36,870 nucleotides of DNA, from positions 1-36,870 of the IMG/VR virus record IMGVR_UViG_3300032277_002974; one strand, given 5' to 3'. The stretch comes from a virus. Its lineage: Duplodnaviria; Caudoviricetes. The notes beneath the pieces were generated by a model. The model was given only the letters and a program-made list of their open reading frames with translations, did not search any database and was not told the origin of the DNA. Within the stretch, counting starts at the first letter, position 1. Every line of letters begins with the position of its first letter. This document shows positions 17,811 through 26,745 of the stretch, in pieces. The translations under genes were made by a program, and so were the position numbers.

Positions 17811-17928
17811 ATAACCATCTACTAGAACTAAACCAAACGCCCACTAGAGCAGCTTAAATCATATAGGCGAGTGGTAGTACGGAATACATATAAAGGCTGC
17901 TTAGAACAGCCAGAGAGGAGGGGTCGAA

Positions 17929-18408
17929 ATGAACACAGACAAACTACAACTCGAAATCACTGTCACCGGTATAGAAGAAGTGGACGTATTCATATCCGTA
18001 GAGCTTGATGGCGACTCCCTTGATCTTATCGGCTGTAGCTGGGTAACACCCGTAAAAGACCACGGTAAAGTGTTCTGTAAACAGTGTCGTGAGAGTGGTA
18101 GTGAAGAATCTTTCGATACGTACGAAGCTCTGTACCTACACCATTTCGAATGCACTATGAAAGCTATCGAATACGTAATGAACGCAGAAGCTCTATGGGT
18201 GTACCGGACTGACGGCGGTTCCACTGCTGTAGATATCGACAGACTCGACCCCGCGCGCAAAGACGGTGTAGATGGTTGGTGTCTCGTACCTATCGAAAGT
18301 GTAGTAGTGGTACCACTCAGGACGGCAGAACGCAGAAGCCGTCACAAACGCGCAGTGCATAAATTACTGTCTCAGTGCTACGCAGACAACGCTCCCGCAG
18401 AAGCCTGA
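17929..18408 (+). CDS. Hypothetical protein
   Basis: 159-aa ORF with GGAGG RBS. Confidence 0.65.
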   Translation: MNTDKLQLEITVTGIEEVDVFISVELDGDSLDLIGCSWVTPVKDHGKVFCKQCRESGSEESFDTYEALYLHHFECTMKAIEYVMNAEALWVYRTDGGSTAVDIDRLDPARKDGVDGWCLVPIESVVVVPLRTAERRSRHKRAVHKLLSQCYADNAPAEA

Positions 18409-18671
18409 GATAAGACTCAGCAAAGAATAGCGACTTACGGTTGGGGTGGTTCCCGCGTGTTCCGTAAGTTGCTTGTAGATAATGAGCTTCACCTCCGTTT
18501 CTCATTATCTGCCCGAGGTAGCAGCGGCCGATAGATCGCTTTGTCTATCGGCTGCTCCTTCGATCCATTCACAATCCTGACTTTACTCTTACCAAATCTC
18601 ATAAATATATCTAACCATCATAATCAGCTGCCATGCTGAGTTTTGGTGCATCTACCCCAAGGAGAACAACT

Positions 18672-19046
18672 ATGAAGAAAACTCTAGCAGCTATTATGGC
18701 GGCAGCATTTCTGATGCTCGCTATCACACCTACAGTAAGCGCAGCACCACTTAGTAAATGCAAGGCATGCCATTCGATTACAGTAGACGGCAAAGCCAAG
18801 ATGGGTCCAAACCTGTTCGGTGTAATGGATCGCCAGCAAGGATCAGAAGAAGGCTACAAGTACGGAAGCTACCTGCAGGCGCAGAACGCAGCAGAAGCCG
18901 TATGGACTGAAGAAGCTCTACGGGATTGGATCGCAGACAGTAAAGGCGTTGCCAAAGAAGTAGGGCAGAAGACGAAGATGCCGAAACAAAAACTTACGGG
19001 TGAGAAGGCCGACGCGGTAGTAACTGCACTCCAGGCACTGAAGTAA
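18672..19046 (+). CDS. Class I cytochrome c (c2-like), periplasmic
   Basis: Signal peptide, CKACH haem motif, GPNLFGV, GYKYG, WTEEAL..WI, TKMP axial Met. Confidence 0.93.
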   Translation: MKKTLAAIMAAAFLMLAITPTVSAAPLSKCKACHSITVDGKAKMGPNLFGVMDRQQGSEEGYKYGSYLQAQNAAEAVWTEEALRDWIADSKGVAKEVGQKTKMPKQKLTGEKADAVVTALQALK

Positions 19047-19067
19047 TCAACGGTGGGCGAAGCATTG

Positions 19068-19358
19068 ATGAAGGACGACGCTCTACCACCACCACATACC
19101 ATTCCACCATCTGAAGAATTTAAGAACTATACCGGATTCGAACTCGGCGGCCTGACAGTACTTTACTACGCTGGCCGCGCAACGAAGTACGCCTTGTGGG
19201 TTGTCTCTTACGACAACCACGAGTTTCTAACAACAACGCGCAAACTCAACCAAGTGAAGAACCATCTGAAGAATCGGACCGAGTTATCTCAGGCTGATTA
19301 CGAGGATATCTTTTTCCACAAGAGCTTCGCGCATAGATCAGCTTCTAAGCAGGCATAG
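19068..19358 (+). CDS. Stand-alone homing-endonuclease N-terminal-like domain protein
   Basis: LPPPHTIPPSEEFKNYTGFELGGLTVLYYAGR aligns by eye with LPPERCEIPSHSSFNDLTGMTFDRWKVLYYIGR of ORF 29705-30496; start uncertain (19053 or 19068). Confidence 0.5.
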   Translation: MKDDALPPPHTIPPSEEFKNYTGFELGGLTVLYYAGRATKYALWVVSYDNHEFLTTTRKLNQVKNHLKNRTELSQADYEDIFFHKSFAHRSASKQA

Positions 19359-19506
19359 CCTGATATCTAAGTACTTACTCGCACCAAGTACTCAAAACAG
19401 CCCTAGAGCCTGTTTGAACTGACCAAACAAACCTAACCAACGAACATAATCGAGCAGATACCAGCGTATTCATTTACGAGAGCTATCTGCGCCCAGGAGT
19501 TACACC

Positions 19507-19716
19507 ATGAATCAGCCTAAGACGCTACATACGCTTACTGAGATCAACGAAGCCATCGAGAACGGAGAGAGCAAAGTCATCACCGTACACAGTGCAGCAG
19601 AGCTTCAAATGACAGAAGCCGTAGCCGAAGAGTTATTCACCAAGGTATTCGAGAACAATATGCAAATCCATTTCGTCGTAGAAGACACACGCATCGGTGA
19701 TCTAAATGCTGCGTAA
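19507..19716 (+). CDS. Hypothetical protein, first gene of the tail-module operon
   Basis: 69-aa ORF, AGGAG RBS, overlaps next gene. Confidence 0.65.
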   Translation: MNQPKTLHTLTEINEAIENGESKVITVHSAAELQMTEAVAEELFTKVFENNMQIHFVVEDTRIGDLNAA

Positions 19717-20029
19717 ACTAATCGAACGCTACAGAGCGAAATCCCTACGCAAGAAGATTAAGCGAGCGTTGACACAAGGAATCCCAGATACCGACTGTGT
19801 TGTAATCAACCTACAGAAACCGGAGCAGGCTCTACTACTATCCGAAGCCGATCACCTTGTATTCGCAGTACCGATCAAAGGGCTACAGAGCCTAGACGTA
19901 ACCAGCAGGAAGCAGTGCGCGCATGTAGTAGAACTACTAGGCGCGGGATACGGAACATCACCACTAGCCACGTACCTGCTGATACTGGATAACATGCTCT
20001 ACCGTTCGCTAAGAAGCGACCATGTTTGA
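19706..20029 (+). CDS. Hypothetical protein
   Basis: 107-aa ORF overlapping both neighbours. Confidence 0.6.
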   Translation: MLRKLIERYRAKSLRKKIKRALTQGIPDTDCVVINLQKPEQALLLSEADHLVFAVPIKGLQSLDVTSRKQCAHVVELLGAGYGTSPLATYLLILDNMLYRSLRSDHV

Positions 20030-20843
20030 TACCCGAAACCCAGCCCAATGGAAGCGAGCCAATCCGCTACCGTCAAACGGCATGCTATACGAGACAGATG
20101 TGCTGTACCGTGGCTATACGCTAGGTGAGCTATTGGTAGTAGGAACATCCGATCTGTCCATCCAGCAGAAAGTAGAAATTATGGCCCAAGGCATGATTCG
20201 GAATGACGGCAAAGATGTTTATGATTTAACCTTCTACGACTTCGCCTATGTCGGCCTACTCAGAAAGCTCGGAACGCTCGGCGACATGGCTACCTACACA
20301 ATGGCACTCGAATGCGATGTATGCCGTGAGAAAATGACCCGATCCCTTCGAGGCGACCACTTCGCCTTTTCCGATCTTGAGACAAAGTTTCCTTTCAAAG
20401 AGAAACTAGGCTCTACAACAACGACAGTCTCGCCAATCACGGTACGGAGGTACTTGGACATACTGCCTGAGACTGACTTCCATATCTTAGCAGCATCTAT
20501 GGGCATGTCCTTTGAGCAATTACTCACATCAGAGCACATCACAGAGATCGCGCATATCGAGCAACTGCTATGTCATACGCTGGAGCCAATCGACTTCAAA
20601 TGCGACTACTGCGGCAACAAGCGCAGCGTCGCTCTAGAGCTACTAAGCAATAGGCCAGAATGCTCTCTAGTTCTCCCCGAATTGAATCAGGCCGCCGCTA
20701 AGAGTTTATCAGAATCGCTATACGGTATGTCTAAGCATTTCAGCACTACACCTAATGAATTCTACCCCATGCAATTCAGCGACTACAGGAACATGGAACG
20801 ATTAGCTGCTAAGGCTCTCGAAGCATCTAGGCAGAAGAAATAA
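20022..20843 (+). CDS. Baseplate-hub assembly protein (T4 gp26/gp51-like)
   Basis: LPSNGMLY...YRGYTLGE motif, D..YV.L.R, two CxxC pairs (CDVC, CDYC), position before tube and tape-measure genes. Confidence 0.65.
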   Translation: MFDTRNPAQWKRANPLPSNGMLYETDVLYRGYTLGELLVVGTSDLSIQQKVEIMAQGMIRNDGKDVYDLTFYDFAYVGLLRKLGTLGDMATYTMALECDVCREKMTRSLRGDHFAFSDLETKFPFKEKLGSTTTTVSPITVRRYLDILPETDFHILAASMGMSFEQLLTSEHITEIAHIEQLLCHTLEPIDFKCDYCGNKRSVALELLSNRPECSLVLPELNQAAAKSLSESLYGMSKHFSTTPNEFYPMQFSDYRNMERLAAKALEASRQKK

Positions 20844-20871
20844 TCATAACCAAATATACAGGAGGCTATAC

Positions 20872-21369
20872 ATGCCACCCTTACTAAAAAGCGGCGTATT
20901 CCAATCTATGACAACTGTAGAATGGGGTTCAACGACAAACTGGGAAGTCTCTTTCCCGAGCGATCCAATGGCTGCGCCATTCAGGGAATACATTCCCGCT
21001 CAAACGATAAACACACCACACGGTAGCGTTACTGAGCAAGAGATCAGCTTTGGTAATAAGACAGCGCAGATTCCTCTAGGCACAAGCGCAGAGCAAATCT
21101 CAGTCACCTTCCTAGATAATGACGAGGATGTAGTACTCAATTACTTCTCCGAATGGATGGCCTACTTGACCGATGGCGGCACAGCGACAGAAACAGAAGC
21201 TGCCCGACTAATGGTATACACCAGAGCCAACAACTCGCTTACATCCTCAAATGATTATGCGGTCCGCGTTTACCCTATGGGAGAACTAACTTCTGAGATG
21301 GGCGAAACCGCAGGCGTACGTCAGGTATCAGTAACATTCAGAGTCGTTTCTATGGGTGATCCTCAATGA
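20872..21369 (+). CDS. Tail-tube-fold protein (gp19/gp54-like tube initiator)
   Basis: NWEVSF, QISVTFLDNDEDVVLNYFSEWM, VYP.G, QVSVTF; paralogous pattern to 24152-24670. Confidence 0.68.
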   Translation: MPPLLKSGVFQSMTTVEWGSTTNWEVSFPSDPMAAPFREYIPAQTINTPHGSVTEQEISFGNKTAQIPLGTSAEQISVTFLDNDEDVVLNYFSEWMAYLTDGGTATETEAARLMVYTRANNSLTSSNDYAVRVYPMGELTSEMGETAGVRQVSVTFRVVSMGDPQ

Positions 21370-21399
21370 ATAAATTTATAATAGAAAGGAGGCCGAGTA

Positions 21400-23433
21400 A
21401 TGGCTAAGCACTTACCATTTTCAGACGCCGTAGCTAAAGACAGGAACGGCGAAGGCCCCAAGAGTAGCTCCCTGAAAGATATGGAGCTGGAGAAGAACAG
21501 GCGCAGCTTCTTGCAGATGGCTGGATCGTTCCAACTCTCTACCAGTGCGCTCACAGACAGCATCGACTTCCTCTCTGAGAACGCTACAACAGACGATCAG
21601 AAAGAAGCGGTTGCCGTTATTGAGAAAGGCGCATTCAATCCGATAATCAAAGCTGTACGCGATAGAGAAAAGGTTACAAGCGAGCAGATGGCCACAACGC
21701 TTAATGATATTAAATTAGTATCAAGAGAGCTGCTTCAGGACTCGCAAACAGTAACCGTATCTACCGATAGATTTATGAGCGAACTCATAGGCCAGGCTAC
21801 GGACGAGACGAACAGCACTAGCGACAGAGTGCAGTACATCAAAGCTGTAAGCGATTTTGCTACTCAGTATGCTGACTTCAGTTCCTCTCAGACTAATGAA
21901 CTTGCGCCTCTTATGGAGTCAGTGCAGCTCGGAAACTCATTAACAGACGAACAGATATCTACACTGACTGAGTTTTCAGACAGCGTTCAATCACAGATCG
22001 GAGATACTAAGCTGAGTACTACTATCGGCGAGATTAACGGAACGCTGGCAAGCGTAGACTTCTCTGGTGACAGTAACATTAGAACGCTACAAGAAGGCAA
22101 CCTGGAAGAAACGCTAGTCCGGTTTGCTGAAAGCATATCCGTAGGCTCTGCTACTGCCGCCCAGGAACTCAATTCCAATATCGGTACTGCTCTAGGAATC
22201 AACGGTCCCGTAGGCGACATGCTCGGCGAAGGTATAACTAATCTCGGCGGTAAGATGGTCAGCGGATTAGGCTCTATGATTGCTGATAGTACCATAGGCC
22301 AAATAGCAGCAGACGAGATCGCAGCTATTAAGAAAAGGCGCGCAGACAAGAAAGCATTGAAGCGCGTACGTCGCCGTGAGATCAAACAAGCACGTTACGA
22401 GAAATGGCGTGAGCGTTTCGATACAGCATTAGGGCGTAAAAACGCCAAGCTCATCGATAAGGATGCTAAGGCCAGAGATGTCAAAAAGAACAAGGTAGAC
22501 GCTAGGCGCCATAAGGCCCTTACTGGTGCTATCGGAGAATCCAACAACTGGCTGATTCGTATATTCGCTATTCAGGCGATTATGGCCGTTCTGGGTAAGG
22601 CGTGGACCGCAGCCATATCAGCCATCGCCGCAGCTGCCTCTGCTGTTGGGCTAGGTGGTAAAGGTGGAGCCGCAGCTACAGGTAAACCAAGTAAGCTAGG
22701 CAAGGTTGCTAAATTCGGTGGTGGTGTACTCGCCGCTGGTCTCGCTGGGTACGATAAACAGCAAGAGCTGAAAGACAGAGAAGACCTTACGGGCGCTCAA
22801 AAGACCACACAGGTCGCAACTACTGCTATAGGTGCAGGCGGCGGAGCGGTAGCGGGAGCTATGGCAGGCGCTGCTATCGGATCTATTATCCCAGGCATCG
22901 GAACTGTTATCGGCGGTATCATTGGTGGGGCATTAGGCGCATGGGCTGGTTCAGAAGCAGGCGAAGCTACGGGCGAGTTAATATCCAAAGCACTACCGGA
23001 TAAAAACAGCACTTCGGTTACTCAGGATACCGTGGCTAAGTATATGGAGCTTGTTCAATCAGGCATGCCTAAAGCTGAAGCTATGCAGGCTTCTGGTATC
23101 TCACAGGCTAACGCTAGGAAGGCTGACTCCGGCGCAAGTGCAGAAGCTATCGTTGCCAGTAATCAGGTGGCGGCTATCGGCTTTAAATCTCAAAGCTTTA
23201 AACCCCAAGCTACTAAGACTGCGTTGGACAGCTCCGCTACTAAGAAAGTAACGGAACTGCGTAAGGAAGAAGCTATCCTGAGCAGAGCCGCTATGAAGGC
23301 TTCCGGTAAAGAACCGAATATCACAGTGCAACCAACACCAGTGGTAGTTCAGCCAGCACCAGCAATGCCTACTCCGAGAACCACATCTATCAACGATACG
23401 GGTCTATCAATCCTACAGAAGGGCTACGGATAA
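21400..23433 (+). CDS. Tape measure protein
   Basis: 677 aa, helical Ala/Ser-rich, two hydrophobic Gly-zipper stretches (GAVAGAMAGAAIGSIIPGIGTVIGGIIGGALG), Pro-rich C-terminus; flanked by tube genes. Confidence 0.78.
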   Translation: MAKHLPFSDAVAKDRNGEGPKSSSLKDMELEKNRRSFLQMAGSFQLSTSALTDSIDFLSENATTDDQKEAVAVIEKGAFNPIIKAVRDREKVTSEQMATTLNDIKLVSRELLQDSQTVTVSTDRFMSELIGQATDETNSTSDRVQYIKAVSDFATQYADFSSSQTNELAPLMESVQLGNSLTDEQISTLTEFSDSVQSQIGDTKLSTTIGEINGTLASVDFSGDSNIRTLQEGNLEETLVRFAESISVGSATAAQELNSNIGTALGINGPVGDMLGEGITNLGGKMVSGLGSMIADSTIGQIAADEIAAIKKRRADKKALKRVRRREIKQARYEKWRERFDTALGRKNAKLIDKDAKARDVKKNKVDARRHKALTGAIGESNNWLIRIFAIQAIMAVLGKAWTAAISAIAAAASAVGLGGKGGAAATGKPSKLGKVAKFGGGVLAAGLAGYDKQQELKDREDLTGAQKTTQVATTAIGAGGGAVAGAMAGAAIGSIIPGIGTVIGGIIGGALGAWAGSEAGEATGELISKALPDKNSTSVTQDTVAKYMELVQSGMPKAEAMQASGISQANARKADSGASAEAIVASNQVAAIGFKSQSFKPQATKTALDSSATKKVTELRKEEAILSRAAMKASGKEPNITVQPTPVVVQPAPAMPTPRTTSINDTGLSILQKGYG

Positions 23434-23470
23434 TGGCCTGTAAACTAATTAGAAAACCAACGAGGATATT

Positions 23471-24127
23471 ATGGCTATCGAAGCAGTAAGCATAAGACAA
23501 ACCGAAGAAGAAAATCTGGTCAGGATATATCAGTCGGGCACTGATAACTTCGTATCCGGCACACTTATGGAGGACATAACGCTCGGCGTTCAAGCTAACT
23601 GGTCTTCTGGCTCTGCTGTGACAGATGTAATCGACGGTGTAGGTAACCTAGCTCGCACTTTAGGTGGCGCTAACTACGACTCTATGAAGTCATTTGTGAA
23701 TAGCACGCGTGTTAATCAACCCGCAGCAGCACGCTGGGCTTCTACCTATCAATGGGCTGGTACAGATAGACCGACATTCAACGTGTCCATCGGCGCCTTC
23801 TGTCTAAAGGACACCGATGATGTCAGGGCGCAGCTCGCCCCTTTATTCGACTACACGCTTCCTCAGGTCATTGGCGGCGATGGCGGCGTTATCATACCAC
23901 CTCTCGGGTATAGGACGTCACTCAACGGCGCACAGGTCGAAGGAGTCTTGAGACTAGGAATCGGCCAGTGGTTCAGTGCTGGGGGACTTGTATGTTCAGG
24001 CGTCCAGACAGTATTCAGCAAAGTACTCAATAAGAAAGGTAAGCCCTTATTCGGGATCGCGAACGTCACCCTGCAACCAGCACAGGAGATATCTGCTGAT
24101 ACGTTCCGGCAGTACCTACGCCAATGA
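23471..24127 (+). CDS. Baseplate/tail-tube cap protein (gp48-like)
   Basis: QWAGTDRPTFNV, LRLGIGQWF, LVCSGVQTVFS, GKPLFGIANVTLQP; directly after tape measure. Confidence 0.58.
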   Translation: MAIEAVSIRQTEEENLVRIYQSGTDNFVSGTLMEDITLGVQANWSSGSAVTDVIDGVGNLARTLGGANYDSMKSFVNSTRVNQPAAARWASTYQWAGTDRPTFNVSIGAFCLKDTDDVRAQLAPLFDYTLPQVIGGDGGVIIPPLGYRTSLNGAQVEGVLRLGIGQWFSAGGLVCSGVQTVFSKVLNKKGKPLFGIANVTLQPAQEISADTFRQYLRQ

Positions 24128-24151
24128 TTTTAATTCAAACAGGAGGGCATA

Positions 24152-24670
24152 ATGCCTAGACCTACACCAGATCAAATTAGAGGCAGCGGTGATACGCTCA
24201 CCACATATAGGTGGGATGTCGCTTTCATGGATGGCGAGCTTATCGGGCTAGATTCCAATAATGTAAATTACAGGTGCAAGACTACGACATTGCCTAATAC
24301 GGATGTTGAGTTTGTCCCGGTGACGCTTAACGGCCATGCCTATCAACAGCCATCAACAGCCGATAGATCGGGCGAGATAGAGATGACATTCTACGAGAAC
24401 GATAGCGCCGCACTATTAGCTATCTTCAATACGTGGCTTGAGCTTACATTCAATCCGAAGACAGGAGCCCGTCTTACCAATTCAGATTTAAGGGTAGGAT
24501 GCCTAATTCGACTTCTGAATGGACAAGACGAGCGCGTTGCCGAGTACACACTATCGAACGTCTTTCTGAAGACGCTCTCCAACCCAGACTTGGGAAGCGA
24601 CAACGAAGCGTTCGAGATTACAATCACGCTGGTTTATTCTGGATACACTTACGACAGTACATCCAGCTAA
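24152..24670 (+). CDS. Tail tube protein (T4 gp19-like family)
   Basis: YRWDVAF, RCKTTTLP, GEIEMTFYE, FNTW, RLLNGQD..VAEYTLSNVF, EITITLVY. Confidence 0.82.
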   Translation: MPRPTPDQIRGSGDTLTTYRWDVAFMDGELIGLDSNNVNYRCKTTTLPNTDVEFVPVTLNGHAYQQPSTADRSGEIEMTFYENDSAALLAIFNTWLELTFNPKTGARLTNSDLRVGCLIRLLNGQDERVAEYTLSNVFLKTLSNPDLGSDNEAFEITITLVYSGYTYDSTSS

Positions 24671-24680
24671 CGATAACAAT

Positions 24681-24717
24681 AGCCCCATCATCTCTAATCG
24701 AGATGGTGGGGCTTTTT
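24681..24717 (+). terminator. Rho-independent terminator closing the tail operon
   Basis: AGCCCCATCATCTC-taatc-GAGATGGTGGGGCT-TTTT. Confidence 0.88.
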
Positions 24718-24886
24718 GTGTATATTCTCGCTGAGCTAAGAAACAGACGTATTGCATCTAGGTGCTACTATAGCCAGCGTACTGAAAACAGCTCTACGTG
24801 GATTCTATAGAGGCCATTTTAGACAGTACGGCACGAACGCTAGCGAATACTCCGACAACTCTACGATCTCTATAGATCCTCGTTGA

Positions 24887-24950
24887 TGTGAGTCCTTGGA
24901 CAGCGGCATAATGATATCATAGTATCACCTTATCGAGACGAAGGGAGACA
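24887..24950 (+). promoter_or_regulatory. Repeated sigma70-like promoter/operator, type B copy 1
   Basis: TGGACA-N17-TAGTAT with TGATATCA palindrome in the spacer. Confidence 0.8.
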
Positions 24951-24954
24951 CACA

Positions 24955-25566
24955 ATGGCACAGGAATTAAACGCGGTAGACGAGTCAAAATCCATTCGGA
25001 AATTTACGCCTCGTCAGGTACGCCTCGCAGAAGTCTATTTTCCTATCCTTGTCAGTCTCGCCAAGCACAAGCATGAGCTTACCTATAAAGAGCTGATCCT
25101 AAGAGCCCGTGACGAGAACCCAGGCGTACCTGAGCTTGAGACGGAGAACCCGCGCAATGTTGGTGGTACTCTCTACGTCATTCACGAGGTATGCCGCCAG
25201 AACGATCTACCTTCACTCAACGCTTTAATCATAAACAAGAGTACAGGCAAATGCGGCGCAGGTATTGTTAAGTGCGACGGTATCAACTCGCAGTCAGACG
25301 TAGAAGCCCAACGTGACGGCACATACGATACAGATTGGAGCGACGTTCTGGTTCAGTTCGATAGCCTGATCAAGCTCGAAGCAAGGAAAGCCGCTCCGGT
25401 TAAGCGACTGACGAAGAAGGAGGCACTAGACCTCTTCTCTGGCTACGCACTTACCAACAAAGCTACTCTGGACGTAGAGGCCGTGAAGTCTTCTCGTGAG
25501 TCGATCATTACGGATCTAATGGACGGCGCACACGCAGTAGACGTATTCGCAGAGTTCGCCAAATGA
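24955..25566 (+). CDS. Hypothetical protein with probable winged-helix domain
   Basis: LTYKEL...VGGTLYVI...C....LPSLNALIINKSTG..G.G pattern. Confidence 0.7.
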   Translation: MAQELNAVDESKSIRKFTPRQVRLAEVYFPILVSLAKHKHELTYKELILRARDENPGVPELETENPRNVGGTLYVIHEVCRQNDLPSLNALIINKSTGKCGAGIVKCDGINSQSDVEAQRDGTYDTDWSDVLVQFDSLIKLEARKAAPVKRLTKKEALDLFSGYALTNKATLDVEAVKSSRESIITDLMDGAHAVDVFAEFAK

Positions 25567-25635
25567 GCATTCACGCTATCTTGCCATCATGTATTAATGA
25601 TATCATTATTGCACTCTCACTCCAGGAGGCCACCA

Positions 25636-25800
25636 ATGGCAGATAAGAAAGAAGAGATAGTGAGCTTTGTAGTACGACTGCCGGCCAGCCTTGTGTTCGC
25701 TATGGACTCCGAAAGGCTCCATACGAAGGTTAGCCGGAACAAACAAGTACGCGACCTGATCGAAGCGAAGTACCCCGACGGCACATATAAGCCTGAGTAA
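25636..25800 (+). CDS. Ribbon-helix-helix regulator
   Basis: VSFVVRLPASL...SRNKQVRDLIE; own promoter TTGCCA-N17-CATTAT overlaps TGATATCA. Confidence 0.68.
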   Translation: MADKKEEIVSFVVRLPASLVFAMDSERLHTKVSRNKQVRDLIEAKYPDGTYKPE

Positions 25801-25837
25801 TCCTGGCAACCCGAACGTATCCCTTTAGTATCAGTAT

Positions 25838-26350
25838 ATGACCGCATTCACTAAGATTATCGAAGCTAAGAGGGCGCTACAGTCAGCAGTAGGCGACTTT
25901 CTAATTGATATCGATGATAGCCTACTATGTGAGCATAGCTTCAGTCTCTCGGCCCTAGAAGCCATTGAGATCAAGGCCGATAAGAGCAAGTCATACATAT
26001 ACGTATTCTCAACTAAAGAAGCCTCACAGATCAAAGAAGCTTGTCGTAAAATGAAGGCTTCCCAAACCAAGATCAAGCTCCCGCTTATCTCCAAAGCGAC
26101 TACACCAAGCGACTGTCTTTATGTAGGCAGCAGCACGACAGGAATCACCAAACGGATTAAAGAGCATCTGGGCTTCGGCCATGATTCGACATACTCGCTA
26201 CAGCTTAATAAATGGGCTGGTGGGATCGACGCGCAGATCATTCTAAAGGTCTATGAGTTCAGCGGCATAGAGCAGAGCATAGTACAGTTAATCGAAGACG
26301 GCCTTCACGAGAAACTTAGCCCAACCCTTGGCAAACGCGGTAGTAAATAA
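25838..26350 (+). CDS. GIY-YIG nuclease family protein
   Basis: YIYVF...CLYVGSS...KRIKEH, LIEDGL, P.LGK.G. Confidence 0.7.
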   Translation: MTAFTKIIEAKRALQSAVGDFLIDIDDSLLCEHSFSLSALEAIEIKADKSKSYIYVFSTKEASQIKEACRKMKASQTKIKLPLISKATTPSDCLYVGSSTTGITKRIKEHLGFGHDSTYSLQLNKWAGGIDAQIILKVYEFSGIEQSIVQLIEDGLHEKLSPTLGKRGSK

Positions 26351-26421
26351 GCTCGCTGTGAATCTCTGGCAACACCACATAAACCCTTTTATAATCAACA
26401 TTAAGGAGCAAACGGCAGAGG

Positions 26422-26488
26422 ACAACAAGGCGGTAGAACCGACTAGCATAATAGCTTCTCTGTAATCAGAGAGTGTTTACACCAAAGC
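26422..26488 (+). repeat. Long inverted repeat, left copy
   Basis: ACAACAAGGCGGTAGAACCGACTAGC (26 bp) plus AGCTTCTCTGTAATCA (16 bp) match the reverse complement of 29302-29347. Confidence 0.9.
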
Positions 26489-26745
26489 CACGCAGCACAA
26501 CACAGCAGCAAACCCGCACACGCCCACTCTTCTATTATCAGAACCGAATCTACTCCAGACTGTACCTAGCGACGCTGCGCCCTCCTATGTTATCAATATT
26601 AAAAGGAATCATGCTATCAAGCCAGCATGAATACATGCTCAATATTCTGTACAGTAATAGGCTCTCAAGTAGAATAAACAGAGGTTAATCAATCGCCCAA
26701 TACTCGATAGACGATACCGCAATGGACAGAATTAGGGGCAAGATC

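Noticed and set aside
6105-18607. T4-type late promoters (NATAAATA at 6105, 13438, 14344, 18600)
   Set aside because: Short AT-rich motif that can occur by chance and is not found in front of the tail genes; not supported enough to call
20022-24670. Tailocin, eCIS or T6SS
   Set aside because: No recognisable sheath, wedge, spike, fibre or lysis genes, so it could not form a particle alone
26473-26688. 71-aa ORF upstream of the recombinase
   Set aside because: Overlaps the inverted repeat, weak start context; more likely a res-site or promoter region
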